NCBI GenBank assembly: GCA_037132255.1
Contig: JBAXPN010000001.1
Location: forward strand, 340,113 to 404,112
Origin: Candidatus Falkowbacteria bacterium
Lineage (GTDB): Bacteria; Patescibacteriota; Patescibacteriia; Patescibacteriales; UBA12465
DNA length: 64,000 nucleotides
Direction of reading: 5' to 3'
The notes beneath the pieces were generated by a model. That model did not search any database. It was not told the DNA's origin and worked only from the letters and a program-made list of their open reading frames with translations. Positions 35,620 to 44,361 of the stretch are shown one piece after another. Numbering within the stretch: the stretch's first letter is position 1; every line of letters starts with the position of its first letter. The position numbers and the translations under genes were made by a program.

Positions 35620-35661
35620 AAAAAAAAATTAATGTACTAACAATAAAGCATAGTACATTAA
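35620..35661 (-). terminator. rho-independent terminator after tspO
   Basis: 11-bp stem TTAATGTACTA (35629-35639) / TAGTACATTAA (35651-35661). The A9 run on the plus side gives a U-tail on the minus strand. Confidence 0.65.
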
Positions 35662-35692
35662 TCATGGATTGTCAATACGTTGAATTATTATT

Positions 35693-36181
35693 TTAGACGC
35701 CGTTTAGGTACCAGATAGAATAATTTAAGGCGGCGGCAAAAGTTACCCAAACAATATACGGGATAAGCAGATAGGCGGCCGCTTTCTTAACTTGATAAAA
35801 ATAATAAAAATTTACTATTATCATTGACCAGAGAGAAATAATACCATAAAAAGCAAGCGGTGGGTTTTTAACATAGAAGAATAAAAATGACCAGTAGAGA
35901 TTAAGGAATAGCTGCGCCGCAAAACTAAGCCACGAGGCACGAAAAAATTGACCCTTTTTAGAATCCTTTAGAATTAAGAAAAAAGAAATACCCATTAAAA
36001 TATAAAGAGTTGTCCAGACAGGAGCAAATATCCAATTCGGAGGACTAAATACCGGTTTAGATAAATAACTATACCAAGTTGCAATATGCGGGGTTGTTAG
36101 AAGCGACCCGAGATAACCGACAAAGAGAGGGATTGCTAGACTAACGATGAATAGCCATAAGTTTTTAATTTTTACATTCAT
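35693..36181 (-). CDS. tspO: TspO/MBR family tryptophan-rich sensory protein
   Basis: 162-aa track ORF with five TM segments. WYSYLSKPVFSPPNWIFAPVWTTLYILMG is the TspO signature. Confidence 0.85.
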   Translation of the reverse strand: MNVKIKNLWLFIVSLAIPLFVGYLGSLLTTPHIATWYSYLSKPVFSPPNWIFAPVWTTLYILMGISFFLILKDSKKGQFFRASWLSFAAQLFLNLYWSFLFFYVKNPPLAFYGIISLWSMIIVNFYYFYQVKKAAAYLLIPYIVWVTFAAALNYSIWYLNGV

Positions 36182-36241
36182 ATATTCGTTGATTTAATCA
36201 TGTTATTTTAATTTTAGCACAAATCACTAAAAAATTAAAAT

Positions 36242-36271
36242 AAAAAAGACTCGGCTGACCGAGTTCTTTTT
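36242..36271 (-). terminator. rho-independent terminator ending the exporter operon
   Basis: GACTCGG (36248-36254) / CCGAGTT (36259-36265) with a 4-nt loop, A-run and T-run on both sides. Confidence 0.65.
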
Positions 36272-36403
36272 TTATCGTTTAAATTTTGACCAAGACCAAG
36301 TTTTCTTAATTTTCTCCTTTTCACTCTTAATCGTTAAGCCGAGTAAAGAAACCACTAAGGCGACGGAGAGGATTAAAGCAAAAGAAATTATTTGTGCTCG
36401 CAT
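36272..36403 (-). CDS. possible 43-aa membrane peptide
   Basis: Not in the track (<60 aa). ATG is the complement of 36401-36403; translation MRAQIISFALILSVALVVSLLGLTIKSEKEKIKKTWSWSKFKR. It lies between the MacB-like stop and the operon terminator. No SD seen. Confidence 0.3.
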   Translation of the reverse strand: MRAQIISFALILSVALVVSLLGLTIKSEKEKIKKTWSWSKFKR

Positions 36404-36421
36404 ATACTAAATATTAAAAAA

Positions 36422-37618
36422 TTATTCACTTCGTAAGGCATCAACTGGATCGAGTCGACTCGCTTTAAAAGCGGGATAAAAGCCGAAAAATACACCGACG
36501 AGCACAGAGAAAGAAAAGCCTAAAACTGGACCCGTCCAAGATGACGCCATCGACATAAGCTTAAAATAGGAAATAATCGGAATAGCCGCTTGGCCGATTA
36601 TCATACCAATTAGACCACCGACCATTGATAAAATTATAGATTCTAATAAGAACTGTGTCAAAATATCACTCTGTTTGCCACCGATAGCCTTCGCAATACC
36701 AATCTCCTTAGTTCTCTCGGCCACAGTCACAAACATAACATTCATAATACCGATGCCTGACACAAGTAAAGTGATTGCCGCAATGGCGGTTAAAAGAGTT
36801 GATAACGTTTTAGCGGACGCTTGCGCCGCGGCAACCATACTTCCGGCGTCCATAATTCTAAAATCATCTTCTTGACTGGCCTTAAGTTTATGTTCCGCGC
36901 GCAAGATAGAAGTAATACTGCTTGTGGCCGCACCAGAATTATTAACATTATCAACGGTCGTTGTAATCATAACTTGTCCCCGTGAACCTAAAATACTTTT
37001 CTCAGCCGTGCTGCTCGGGACAATAATCGCCTCATCAATAGAAATCATGCCAACGCGAGAACCTAATTTTTTCAAAACACCGACGACTTCGATTTTCTTT
37101 CCAGCAACAGTTATCATCTCGCCAACAACATTATTCGAGCCTGCAAATAAATCAGAAACAACCGTGCTACCGATAACCGCGACTTGTGTTTTACCACTAA
37201 TATCAGTCTCATCAATTCCGCGACCAGATTCGATAGTCAAATTAGATAAGCTAATAAAATTTTGGTCAGCACCGACTATGCCATAACTTTTATCGGTTGA
37301 GCCATAAGAAACACTCGCGTTACCCTGGATAGCGCCAGCAGCAGAAGCAATATGATCAGCGCTTAATAATAACTGCGCATCGGTCGCGCTTAATTTAGAA
37401 CTACTCGTAAAACCACGACCGCGGTTAGGCATGATTAAAATAGAATTCGCACTTAAATTTTGAAACTGCGAATTAACAGATTCTTGTGCTCCCTTTCCGA
37501 CAGCAAAAACAGCAATAACAGTAGCGACACCAATGATAATTCCCAACATCGATAAAAAGGTTCGTGTTTTTTTTGCAAGTAGAGACTCAAATGACATTTT
37601 TACAATTTCCCAAAGCAT
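36422..37618 (-). CDS. ABC transporter permease, MacB/FtsX type
   Basis: 398-aa track ORF. N-terminal TM, large periplasmic domain, C-terminal FtsX-type 3-TM bundle (TKEIGIAKAIGGKQSDIL...). 2 nt after the ATPase gene. Confidence 0.85.
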   Translation of the reverse strand: MLWEIVKMSFESLLAKKTRTFLSMLGIIIGVATVIAVFAVGKGAQESVNSQFQNLSANSILIMPNRGRGFTSSSKLSATDAQLLLSADHIASAAGAIQGNASVSYGSTDKSYGIVGADQNFISLSNLTIESGRGIDETDISGKTQVAVIGSTVVSDLFAGSNNVVGEMITVAGKKIEVVGVLKKLGSRVGMISIDEAIIVPSSTAEKSILGSRGQVMITTTVDNVNNSGAATSSITSILRAEHKLKASQEDDFRIMDAGSMVAAAQASAKTLSTLLTAIAAITLLVSGIGIMNVMFVTVAERTKEIGIAKAIGGKQSDILTQFLLESIILSMVGGLIGMIIGQAAIPIISYFKLMSMASSWTGPVLGFSFSVLVGVFFGFYPAFKASRLDPVDALRSE

Positions 37619-37620
37619 AA

Positions 37621-38337
37621 TTAATAGTTACCTTTCAATTTATAATTATTATCAAGCACTTGACCATCACGCAAATAAATAATGCGATCGGCATATTTTG
37701 CGACCTCGGTCGTATGTGTAACCATAACAACTGTTCTCCCTTGGTTTTTAAATTCGGTAAATATTTTCATTACTTCAACTCCGGACTTTGAATCAAGCGC
37801 GCCAGTCGGCTCATCAGCTAAAATTATTTCCGGATTATTAACAAGCGCTCGACAAATAGCCACGCGCTGCTGCTGTCCTCCGGATAATTCTGTCGGTCGG
37901 TGATGCATTCGCTCCGCAAGTCCGAGTGATTTTAAAAGATCACGAGATTTTTTTTCCCGATCCGCGCTCGACATACCCGCGTATAGCGCTGGTAACTCCA
38001 CATTTTTTAAAGCCGAAAAACGAGAGAAAAGATTAAATTGTTGGAAAATAAAACCCATCTTTTTATTTCGAATGAAGGCTAAGGTAAAATCATCTTTTAC
38101 GTTACCAATATTTTCACCGTCCAATAAATATATTCCTTTAGTGAGAGGGTGCAGACAACCAATAACATTCAAGAGCGTAGTTTTCCCTCCGCCCGATTCT
38201 CCCATAATGGCAACAAACTCTCCCTTTTTTATTTCTAAATCAATACCCTTAAGAACAGGGATTTCCTCTCCGTTAGCTAAATAGTATGACTTATAAACAT
38301 TCTCTAATTTTATGGCAGGATTATTTACACTGTTCAT
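37621..38337 (-). CDS. ABC transporter ATP-binding protein (MacB/LolD-like)
   Basis: Track ORF 37621-38349 starts at TTG; ATG 38337 (MNSVNNPAIKLENV...) abuts the HlyD stop. Walker A GESGGGKTT, signature LSGGQQQRVAI, Walker B ILADEPTGALD. Confidence 0.9.
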   Translation of the reverse strand: MNSVNNPAIKLENVYKSYYLANGEEIPVLKGIDLEIKKGEFVAIMGESGGGKTTLLNVIGCLHPLTKGIYLLDGENIGNVKDDFTLAFIRNKKMGFIFQQFNLFSRFSALKNVELPALYAGMSSADREKKSRDLLKSLGLAERMHHRPTELSGGQQQRVAICRALVNNPEIILADEPTGALDSKSGVEVMKIFTEFKNQGRTVVMVTHTTEVAKYADRIIYLRDGQVLDNNYKLKGNY

Positions 38338-38338
38338 A

Positions 38339-40210
38339 TTAATAAACAATTACTTCTCCCTCTTGAAGACCACCAACTACTTCTGCTTTTTTACCGTCAG
38401 TAAAATTTGTTACGACATTTCTAACGCTGCCATCAAGCATTACGACAGATGGTTTTCCGCCTATATTTCTAACCGCTTGAACCGGAACAGCAATCACACC
38501 CGGCGCTTCTGAAGTAATAAACTCTAAAGCCGCGGTCATGCCCTCTCTAATTTGCGAAGCGCCAGTATTAGATAGGATAACTCTAACTAAATAAGTTACG
38601 ATTCCGTTCGAGCTTGTTGTTGAGGTTAAAGAGATAAAGCTAATTTCGCCGGTTAAATTTACGCCGTCAACCGCGTCAAAAGTAACCGCTGCTTTTTCGC
38701 CTACTTTTAATTTGCTAATGTCAGCCTCTTCGACATTTACTTCAATATATAAGGTATCATTATTAATGATTGTCGCAACCGTTTTAGAAGTGCTGGAATC
38801 AAGAATTATGTCACCCTTCTTATAATTTAACATTGAGACAATACCATCAATTGGAGCAATTAAAGTCGCTTGTTCCATATTATATTTCGCGCGGTCGACA
38901 GAAATCGCCGCGGATGTTAATTGTGCACGTGCGGACGCTAAATCGTTTTCAGAAATCGGTGCGAGTAAATCAGTATAATCATTCTTAGCTTGCGCTAAAG
39001 ATATTTCTCTTGCTTTAACTGATATTGTTGAATTATTTATATTTTGTTCAGCTTGGCTTTTTATTGTCTTTAAATCATTCACGGCCTTATTATAAGCGGT
39101 TTGATATGAGCTTAAACTACTCTTGGCGTTATCGACACCTTGAGTCGCGCTATTTAGGCTCGTCGCCATAGAGATAGCGCTTGATTGGTTTGAGTTAATC
39201 ATTGATTTAAAACCATCAAGTTTTGTCTGCGACATCCCGGTAAACGTTATCGAGGAGTCTAGTAATTCCTGCATATCACGTTCATGATTTTGCATGGCGC
39301 TAATTACTTGATCAGCTGTATTCGCAACACTGTCAATTGTGCTGTTGGCGCTATTATCATTAAGCGAATTCACTTGGGCATCAAATTGTGTACGCAAACT
39401 CTTAACTTTTATATAACTTGCCTTAGCGCTTGATAAAGAAGTCGAATTTAAAGCGCCCAATCCCAAGCGATACTCACTATTAACATTCGTATCATCAACG
39501 CCGACAATGCTATCAGAATCACGAAGTAATTTTCCCAAATTAAGATCAATTGTTTTTAAAGTGTTTGTTAAACTTAAATATGAATTATGAACGATCTCGC
39601 TGTCATTAATCGTATTATTAAGTTTAAGATTACTTTCGGCAGTTGTGACATTTGTTTCAGCGTTAGTAATACTTTGAGCAGAATTTGATTTTGTTTGTTC
39701 AAGACTTATTTTGGCTTGATCAAGCGAAACTTGAGCTTGCTCAATCGAGGCCTTAGCTTTGCTCTTCTCGCTCTCAGTTGCGGTTGCTAATTTAGTATTG
39801 TATGAAGCGAGCGCAGATTGATAATTATTATAAGCGCTGCGAAGTTCGAAGGCTAGGCTCTCAGTTTTTACTGAAGCAATTTTATCACCTTTTTTAATCT
39901 TATCGCCTTCTTTGGTATAAACATTATCGACTTCTAAATTTCCCGAAACCGGAAATGATAATTCGACGCCATCCTTTGCAACGACTTTTCCTGTCGCGCT
40001 AACCGATATTCTTAAATCTTCCTTTTTCACCGTGTACTGTTTTTGAGTAACTACTGCGGCCGAAGTCTGTTTTTTCTTACTAACATAATAATAGGTGCCA
40101 CCGCCGATTGCTAATATTAATATAGCGATAATTATAAATTTCTTTTTAAAAATAAAGCGAAAGAAGCCACCGCGAGCTTTTTTGCTTTCCTCAAGTATTG
40201 ATTGAGCCAT
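38339..40210 (-). CDS. HlyD/MacA-family periplasmic adaptor with a long coiled coil
   Basis: 623-aa track ORF. N-terminal TM, lipoyl-like halves (KKGDKIASV... / IAPIDGIVSM), a very long Ala/Ser/Asn/Gln-rich helical hairpin, and a C-terminal beta-barrel. Confidence 0.8.
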   Translation of the reverse strand: MAQSILEESKKARGGFFRFIFKKKFIIIAILILAIGGGTYYYVSKKKQTSAAVVTQKQYTVKKEDLRISVSATGKVVAKDGVELSFPVSGNLEVDNVYTKEGDKIKKGDKIASVKTESLAFELRSAYNNYQSALASYNTKLATATESEKSKAKASIEQAQVSLDQAKISLEQTKSNSAQSITNAETNVTTAESNLKLNNTINDSEIVHNSYLSLTNTLKTIDLNLGKLLRDSDSIVGVDDTNVNSEYRLGLGALNSTSLSSAKASYIKVKSLRTQFDAQVNSLNDNSANSTIDSVANTADQVISAMQNHERDMQELLDSSITFTGMSQTKLDGFKSMINSNQSSAISMATSLNSATQGVDNAKSSLSSYQTAYNKAVNDLKTIKSQAEQNINNSTISVKAREISLAQAKNDYTDLLAPISENDLASARAQLTSAAISVDRAKYNMEQATLIAPIDGIVSMLNYKKGDIILDSSTSKTVATIINNDTLYIEVNVEEADISKLKVGEKAAVTFDAVDGVNLTGEISFISLTSTTSSNGIVTYLVRVILSNTGASQIREGMTAALEFITSEAPGVIAVPVQAVRNIGGKPSVVMLDGSVRNVVTNFTDGKKAEVVGGLQEGEVIVY

Positions 40211-40218
40211 AATATGTA

Positions 40219-40890
40219 TTAGTTAATTAAAACAAAGTCTGCAATCTTTTTGTCGGTCACACTTGTATTAAGCCAAACCGTAATCATTTTATCGGCCGTG
40301 ACATCAGCTAATGACGCCTCAACTGTAGTTCTTTTGCCGGTAGCATCATTTTCCGATTTCATCATCTTTATTCCGACTGGGATAACAATTGTTTCTTGGC
40401 CCGTGCTCATGGCCTTGAGACTAGCAAGCATAGCGGCGCGATCAGTTGTTCCCCCGCCGCCAGGTCCACCATCGGGACCACCGGGACGTCCTCCAGCAAA
40501 ACCACCGGGACCAGCTTGACCCGCTGCAGGACGACCTTCCATATTTCCTCCTAGTGATAACGATGGGGCGTCTTGATTTCTTGGACTACTGCTTGCGTTT
40601 GTTTCATTAGTCGAACTTGCTCGTCGCCCTTGATTAGCGGCTATTTTTAATACCGTGACTTCATTGCCCACAATAGTTGTTACTACGCCTCGAACATCAG
40701 CTTGACGATCTGGCTGACCAAAATCAGGCATTCGACCATTTCTTTGGCCAGAACCCTGAGCTGGAGTATTTTGCGTATTTTGCAAATTCGTTGTAGTAGC
40801 TGTCTTATTACTACAGCCAGTTAAGACGGGCAGGCAGGCGACAATTGCCAACGAAATTAAGACGCCTTTCTTGTTTTTTCTCATAAACAT
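40219..40890 (-). CDS. lipoprotein with Gly/Pro-rich linker
   Basis: 223-aa track ORF. Lipobox LPVLTGC after a hydrophobic signal; low-complexity GQAGPGGFAGGRPGGPDGGPGGGG segment. First gene of the exporter operon. Confidence 0.65.
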   Translation of the reverse strand: MFMRKNKKGVLISLAIVACLPVLTGCSNKTATTTNLQNTQNTPAQGSGQRNGRMPDFGQPDRQADVRGVVTTIVGNEVTVLKIAANQGRRASSTNETNASSSPRNQDAPSLSLGGNMEGRPAAGQAGPGGFAGGRPGGPDGGPGGGGTTDRAAMLASLKAMSTGQETIVIPVGIKMMKSENDATGKRTTVEASLADVTADKMITVWLNTSVTDKKIADFVLIN

Positions 40891-40955
40891 GCGTTTTTTA
40901 AAATTTAATAATTATCCCTTCTTCTATAAAATACGCTTTCTTTAGCTAATTTCTT

Positions 40956-40986
40956 CAAAAAAGGCGACCTAATTGCTTAGATCACT
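40956..40986 (-). terminator. rho-independent terminator after the 133-aa secreted-protein gene
   Basis: On the minus strand GTGATCTAA-GCAA-TTAGGTCGC (two G.U pairs) followed by CTTTTTTG. Plus-strand stems are at 40964-40972 and 40977-40985. Confidence 0.55.
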
Positions 40987-41036
40987 TTTCTTGTTATGTG
41001 AGAGATGAGAAACGAAAAAATATAATTCTATTTATT

Positions 41037-41438
41037 TTACAGTGATCCTACTATTTCAAACTTAGCACCCTGTTTAATACCTAAATCTTTCATTATAGTT
41101 TCTTCTTGTTTTCTAAGCTCATAGGCTTGAACTAATTTAGGAAAATTATTAGCGTTAATTTTTGCTAAGATTGAGCTCGACTTTCCTTCGGCAGCAACCC
41201 ATGCATTATAATCCCCGGAGGCCATGGCAGCGTCGACGGCTACTTTTCTTTTTAGTCTATTTGCTTGGTTAATCATGTTGCCAACGCCAGATTTATGCAT
41301 TCCCTCCTTTAAATTACCAGACGTATTCGAGCTGCCGCTATTTAAAGTAGCCGCGTTTGAAATTTGTGTTAATCCGAAAGTGACTCCAATTGCAACCAAA
41401 ACTATCAAACCGAGAGCTGCTATTTTTTTATTATTCAT
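41037..41438 (-). CDS. small secreted protein of unknown function
   Basis: 133-aa track ORF. Signal/anchor segment (IAALGLIVLVAIGVTFGL), then a helical Ala/Lys-rich body. Confidence 0.55.
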   Translation of the reverse strand: MNNKKIAALGLIVLVAIGVTFGLTQISNAATLNSGSSNTSGNLKEGMHKSGVGNMINQANRLKRKVAVDAAMASGDYNAWVAAEGKSSSILAKINANNFPKLVQAYELRKQEETIMKDLGIKQGAKFEIVGSL

Positions 41439-41574
41439 AACGTTGTAAATATATTTATGTCTATTTTTAGCTAAGCTAAATAATAGTCAGAATATTAAAT
41501 TAATTATTTAATTAATGGGCGAGATCTCGTTTACCCTTCATAATATATACTACGCGAAAAATAATATTTTCTTT

Positions 41575-42375
41575 TTAAATTGCTGGCGGTAGTGGCATGG
41601 GAATTCCGGGAGACATAAACTTTTGTCTCATTGGTGGCGGACCGTCAAAACGATGGTAAAAATCACGACCGGCTTTCATTGGTAAGATTTTATCGGCGCG
41701 AAATTTTTGTTCGCTAATAATTTCGCCAAGCACTCGAATCGGTTGTCCAACAATAATAAAGTCTCCAGAATATAATTCGACATTTTCCGTACTTACGAGC
41801 CACTGCTCTTTACCGCGGTCAATTAATATCAAACTTGTACCATCAACCTTATCAATCACTAGTCCTGACAATCTCCCTTCGGCTGGTTGCGACCAAAAAT
41901 CAATATGACGATTTATAACCTGATCATAAAAAGGCGCACGACGCCCGAGAATATCATCCAACTTCTCGCCAAGACCAGCCGCAAAAAATATAGCTCCAAG
42001 AATTACGCTTAGTAATATTGATGCTCCAATTAGCAATATACCCGAGTAGCGATAACCCGTCTTAGTGTGTTTAAAATTATAAGAAATAATAAAAACAAAA
42101 ATGCCCAGAAAAATAAACCAATAATAAGGAAGAGTTAAAATAAAAAATTCAACGAATGTTTTCTTCGTCTGATCATAGATATCCCAATCATTATATTTAA
42201 ATAAATAAATCATGACCGAAATAGCAGCCGCACCAATGAGGAGAGAGATTAAACCCGCGAACCAAACAACAGAATCTTTCAGTAAAAACTGCCAGCGCGG
42301 CTTAGGACACATTTTCCCTTCCTTTATTTTAGCCAATAGTTTATTTTCAAAACCGGCATTATTCTTGTCTAACAT
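41575..42375 (-). CDS. membrane protein, putative anti-sigma factor
   Basis: 266-aa track ORF, 3 nt downstream of the ECF sigma gene. Short cytoplasmic head with a CPKPRW element, 4 TM segments, extracytoplasmic C-terminal domain. The call is positional. Confidence 0.5.
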   Translation of the reverse strand: MLDKNNAGFENKLLAKIKEGKMCPKPRWQFLLKDSVVWFAGLISLLIGAAAISVMIYLFKYNDWDIYDQTKKTFVEFFILTLPYYWFIFLGIFVFIISYNFKHTKTGYRYSGILLIGASILLSVILGAIFFAAGLGEKLDDILGRRAPFYDQVINRHIDFWSQPAEGRLSGLVIDKVDGTSLILIDRGKEQWLVSTENVELYSGDFIIVGQPIRVLGEIISEQKFRADKILPMKAGRDFYHRFDGPPPMRQKFMSPGIPMPLPPAI

Positions 42376-42378
42376 ATT

Positions 42379-42975
42379 TTAAATTTTAAAATTTTGTTTT
42401 TCTAATTCATTTTTAAATTCTTGCTTTGCCTTATTCATAAGCGACGCAACCGTCCCCAACGGCTTCTTTAAAATATCGGAAATCTCCTGATAACTTTTCT
42501 CTTCTAAAAACTTAAGGACTAAAACATCGCGATACTTCGGTTCAATTTTTTTTAAAACTGAATTGATTGTTTCTTGTAATATTTTATGATCCACCATCCC
42601 CTTAATATCTATTTCAGCGGTGAGATTTTTCGCTAATTGATCGTCGAGATTAACTGCATAACCTTCGGGGCGAGCCTTTAATTTGCGGTGCCCGCTGATT
42701 ACCTGGTTATGAGTAATACGGTAAATCCAAGAAGAAAATTTTAAATCCTTATTAAAATCGTTGAGATTTAAATAAACCTTAATAAACACTTCTTGTAAAA
42801 TATCCTCCGCATCCTCATTATTAGCGTTAGTTAATCTCTTAACATAACTAGAAAGCTTGCCTTTATAACGGTCAACAAGATAAACAAAATTATCCTGGTT
42901 GGCCAGGGTTAATTTAACCAACTCAGCGTCGGTTAAACTTGAGATGTTATCTGTTCTAAAATCTAGTATATTCAT
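42379..42975 (-). CDS. ECF-type RNA polymerase sigma factor
   Basis: 198-aa track ORF. Region 2 (EDILQEVFIKVY...FSSWIYRITHNQVISGHR) and region 4 HTH (SYQEISDILKKPLGTVASLMNKAKQEF). Confidence 0.85.
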   Translation of the reverse strand: MNILDFRTDNISSLTDAELVKLTLANQDNFVYLVDRYKGKLSSYVKRLTNANNEDAEDILQEVFIKVYLNLNDFNKDLKFSSWIYRITHNQVISGHRKLKARPEGYAVNLDDQLAKNLTAEIDIKGMVDHKILQETINSVLKKIEPKYRDVLVLKFLEEKSYQEISDILKKPLGTVASLMNKAKQEFKNELEKQNFKI

Positions 42976-42981
42976 GCTTTA

Positions 42982-42990
42982 ATTATAGCA
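42982..42990 (-). promoter_or_regulatory. extended -10 promoter (TGcTATAAT) of the ECF sigma gene
   Basis: The minus strand reads TGCTATAAT (complement of 42982-42990), then 6 nt (TAAAGC), then ATG 42975. The geometry matches rnhB (leaderless candidate). Confidence 0.45.
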
Positions 42991-43045
42991 TTTTAAACGT
43001 CTTCAATAATAGTACGCAGTCTGAGGCCGTTTCTTTATCTCAAAA

Positions 43046-43069
43046 TAGACAAGAAGCCACTCTTGTCTA
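43046..43069. promoter_or_regulatory. perfect 9-bp inverted repeat upstream of the ECF sigma gene
   Basis: TAGACAAGA (43046-43054), 6-nt spacer, TCTTGTCTA (43061-43069), in the adk / ECF-sigma divergent region. It could be an operator or an RNA hairpin. Confidence 0.4.
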
Positions 43070-43117
43070 AATTAACAAATGCTGTTATGATAAAACTTTC
43101 TTATTAATAACATTATT

Positions 43118-43684
43118 ATGGGCAAAATCATAATTCTTTACGGTCTGCCAGCGTCAGGCAAAACAACTCAGGCAGGACTACTTTTTAAAAAATACGGACT
43201 CTACCAATTTGGCATGGGCGATAAACTTCGTGCTGAAATAGCTTCAGGATCTGAATTAGGACAAAAAATAAAATCAACTGTCGCGAACGGGTTATTAATC
43301 TCAAATGATTTAGTGTCTGGCGTTTTGCATAATGTCAAAAAACAGGCACAAGAAACAGGCATAGTCTTCGACGGTTTTCCGCGCATGATGCCGCAAGCAA
43401 AACTGCTCGACGAGATGCTGGCCGAAATTGGGCTTAAAGTAGATTTATTTATGCTGCTTAAAATAAGCCCAGAGGAAGCCGAAAGAAGAATCGACGCAAG
43501 AGCCGTGAACGGAACTCGCAGCGATGATAAGGATCCGAAAGTAATTAATAGCCGCATGGAGATTTTCCGCCAAGAATCAACTCCGCTTATAGCTCACTAT
43601 AGCTCTCAGGGAACTTATGTCGAAATTGATGGCGAAGCGAGTATTCCTAATGTCTTAGCGGATATTGAAAAATATTTAAAATAA
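43118..43684 (+). CDS. adk: adenylate kinase (short-lid type)
   Basis: 188-aa track ORF. P-loop GLPASGKTTQ, FDGFPRMMPQA, and a short lid without a Cys4 zinc site. Confidence 0.9.
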   Translation: MGKIIILYGLPASGKTTQAGLLFKKYGLYQFGMGDKLRAEIASGSELGQKIKSTVANGLLISNDLVSGVLHNVKKQAQETGIVFDGFPRMMPQAKLLDEMLAEIGLKVDLFMLLKISPEEAERRIDARAVNGTRSDDKDPKVINSRMEIFRQESTPLIAHYSSQGTYVEIDGEASIPNVLADIEKYLK

Positions 43685-43695
43685 GCGAGCGAGTA

Positions 43696-43728
43696 TAAAA
43701 AACACGGACTTATCTCCGTGTTTTTTTT
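43696..43728. terminator. bidirectional terminator (adk / hydrolase convergent)
   Basis: AACACGGA (43701-43708) / TCCGTGTT (43715-43722), A-run before and T8 after. The hydrolase stop codon (43710-43712) sits in the loop. Confidence 0.7.
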
Positions 43729-44348
43729 ACATTTTTTAAATCGCTTTTTATCATTTTTACAATTTCGGGAAACTTCGTAATTTTGAAATGCCCGGGGATA
43801 TGATCGTAAATAACGATGTGAGAATTTTTTAGCTTCTTGGCATATTTAGCTGCATGAGAAACTGGGACAATATCATCGTCGCTCGAAAAAAGTAAATGAA
43901 CATTGTCACAATTTTTTTCGATTAATGATAAATCTGATTTAAGCTTAAAGCCGCCGACCAAATCTTCTTGAGAAACTGAATTATCAAATGGCGGGCAGAC
44001 CAAATAAACAGATAATATCTTTTTAGGGAATTTATTTTCTGATAGATATCTGGCCAAAAAAATACCACCTAGAGATCCCCCAACAAGAACCAAATTATTC
44101 CGCAAATAAGGAAAATACTTTTCAAAGTTTAATTTCCATAAATCATACTTGGCATTCTCGACAAATGGCATTCGCGGACGGATAATTTTAAATTCCTTGC
44201 CTAATTGCTTATCTAAATAATCACCATGCCATCTGATACTCGGCGTTAGTTTTACTTCGGAATTTTTTAAAAATTTAATATAATCACTTTGACTTTTAAA
44301 AGTAAAGCCGCCGTGAATATATAGTATTTGAGGTTTTTTTAACAACAT
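43710..44348 (-). CDS. small alpha/beta serine hydrolase (YdeN/RBBP9-like)
   Basis: 212-aa track ORF. Nucleophile elbow GGSLGG, acid in SSDDDIVP, His in IPGHF. 13 nt downstream of the 1194-aa gene. Confidence 0.75.
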   Translation of the reverse strand: MLLKKPQILYIHGGFTFKSQSDYIKFLKNSEVKLTPSIRWHGDYLDKQLGKEFKIIRPRMPFVENAKYDLWKLNFEKYFPYLRNNLVLVGGSLGGIFLARYLSENKFPKKILSVYLVCPPFDNSVSQEDLVGGFKLKSDLSLIEKNCDNVHLLFSSDDDIVPVSHAAKYAKKLKNSHIVIYDHIPGHFKITKFPEIVKMIKSDLKNVKKTRR

Positions 44349-44361
44349 ATAAATATTATTC

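Noticed and set aside
40430-40530. GC-rich repetitive-looking stretch (ccgccgccaggtccaccatcgggaccaccggg...)
   Set aside because: It encodes the Gly/Pro-rich linker (GPGGFAGGRPGGPDGGPGGGG) of the lipoprotein on the minus strand. This is low-complexity coding sequence, not a tandem-repeat or regulatory array.
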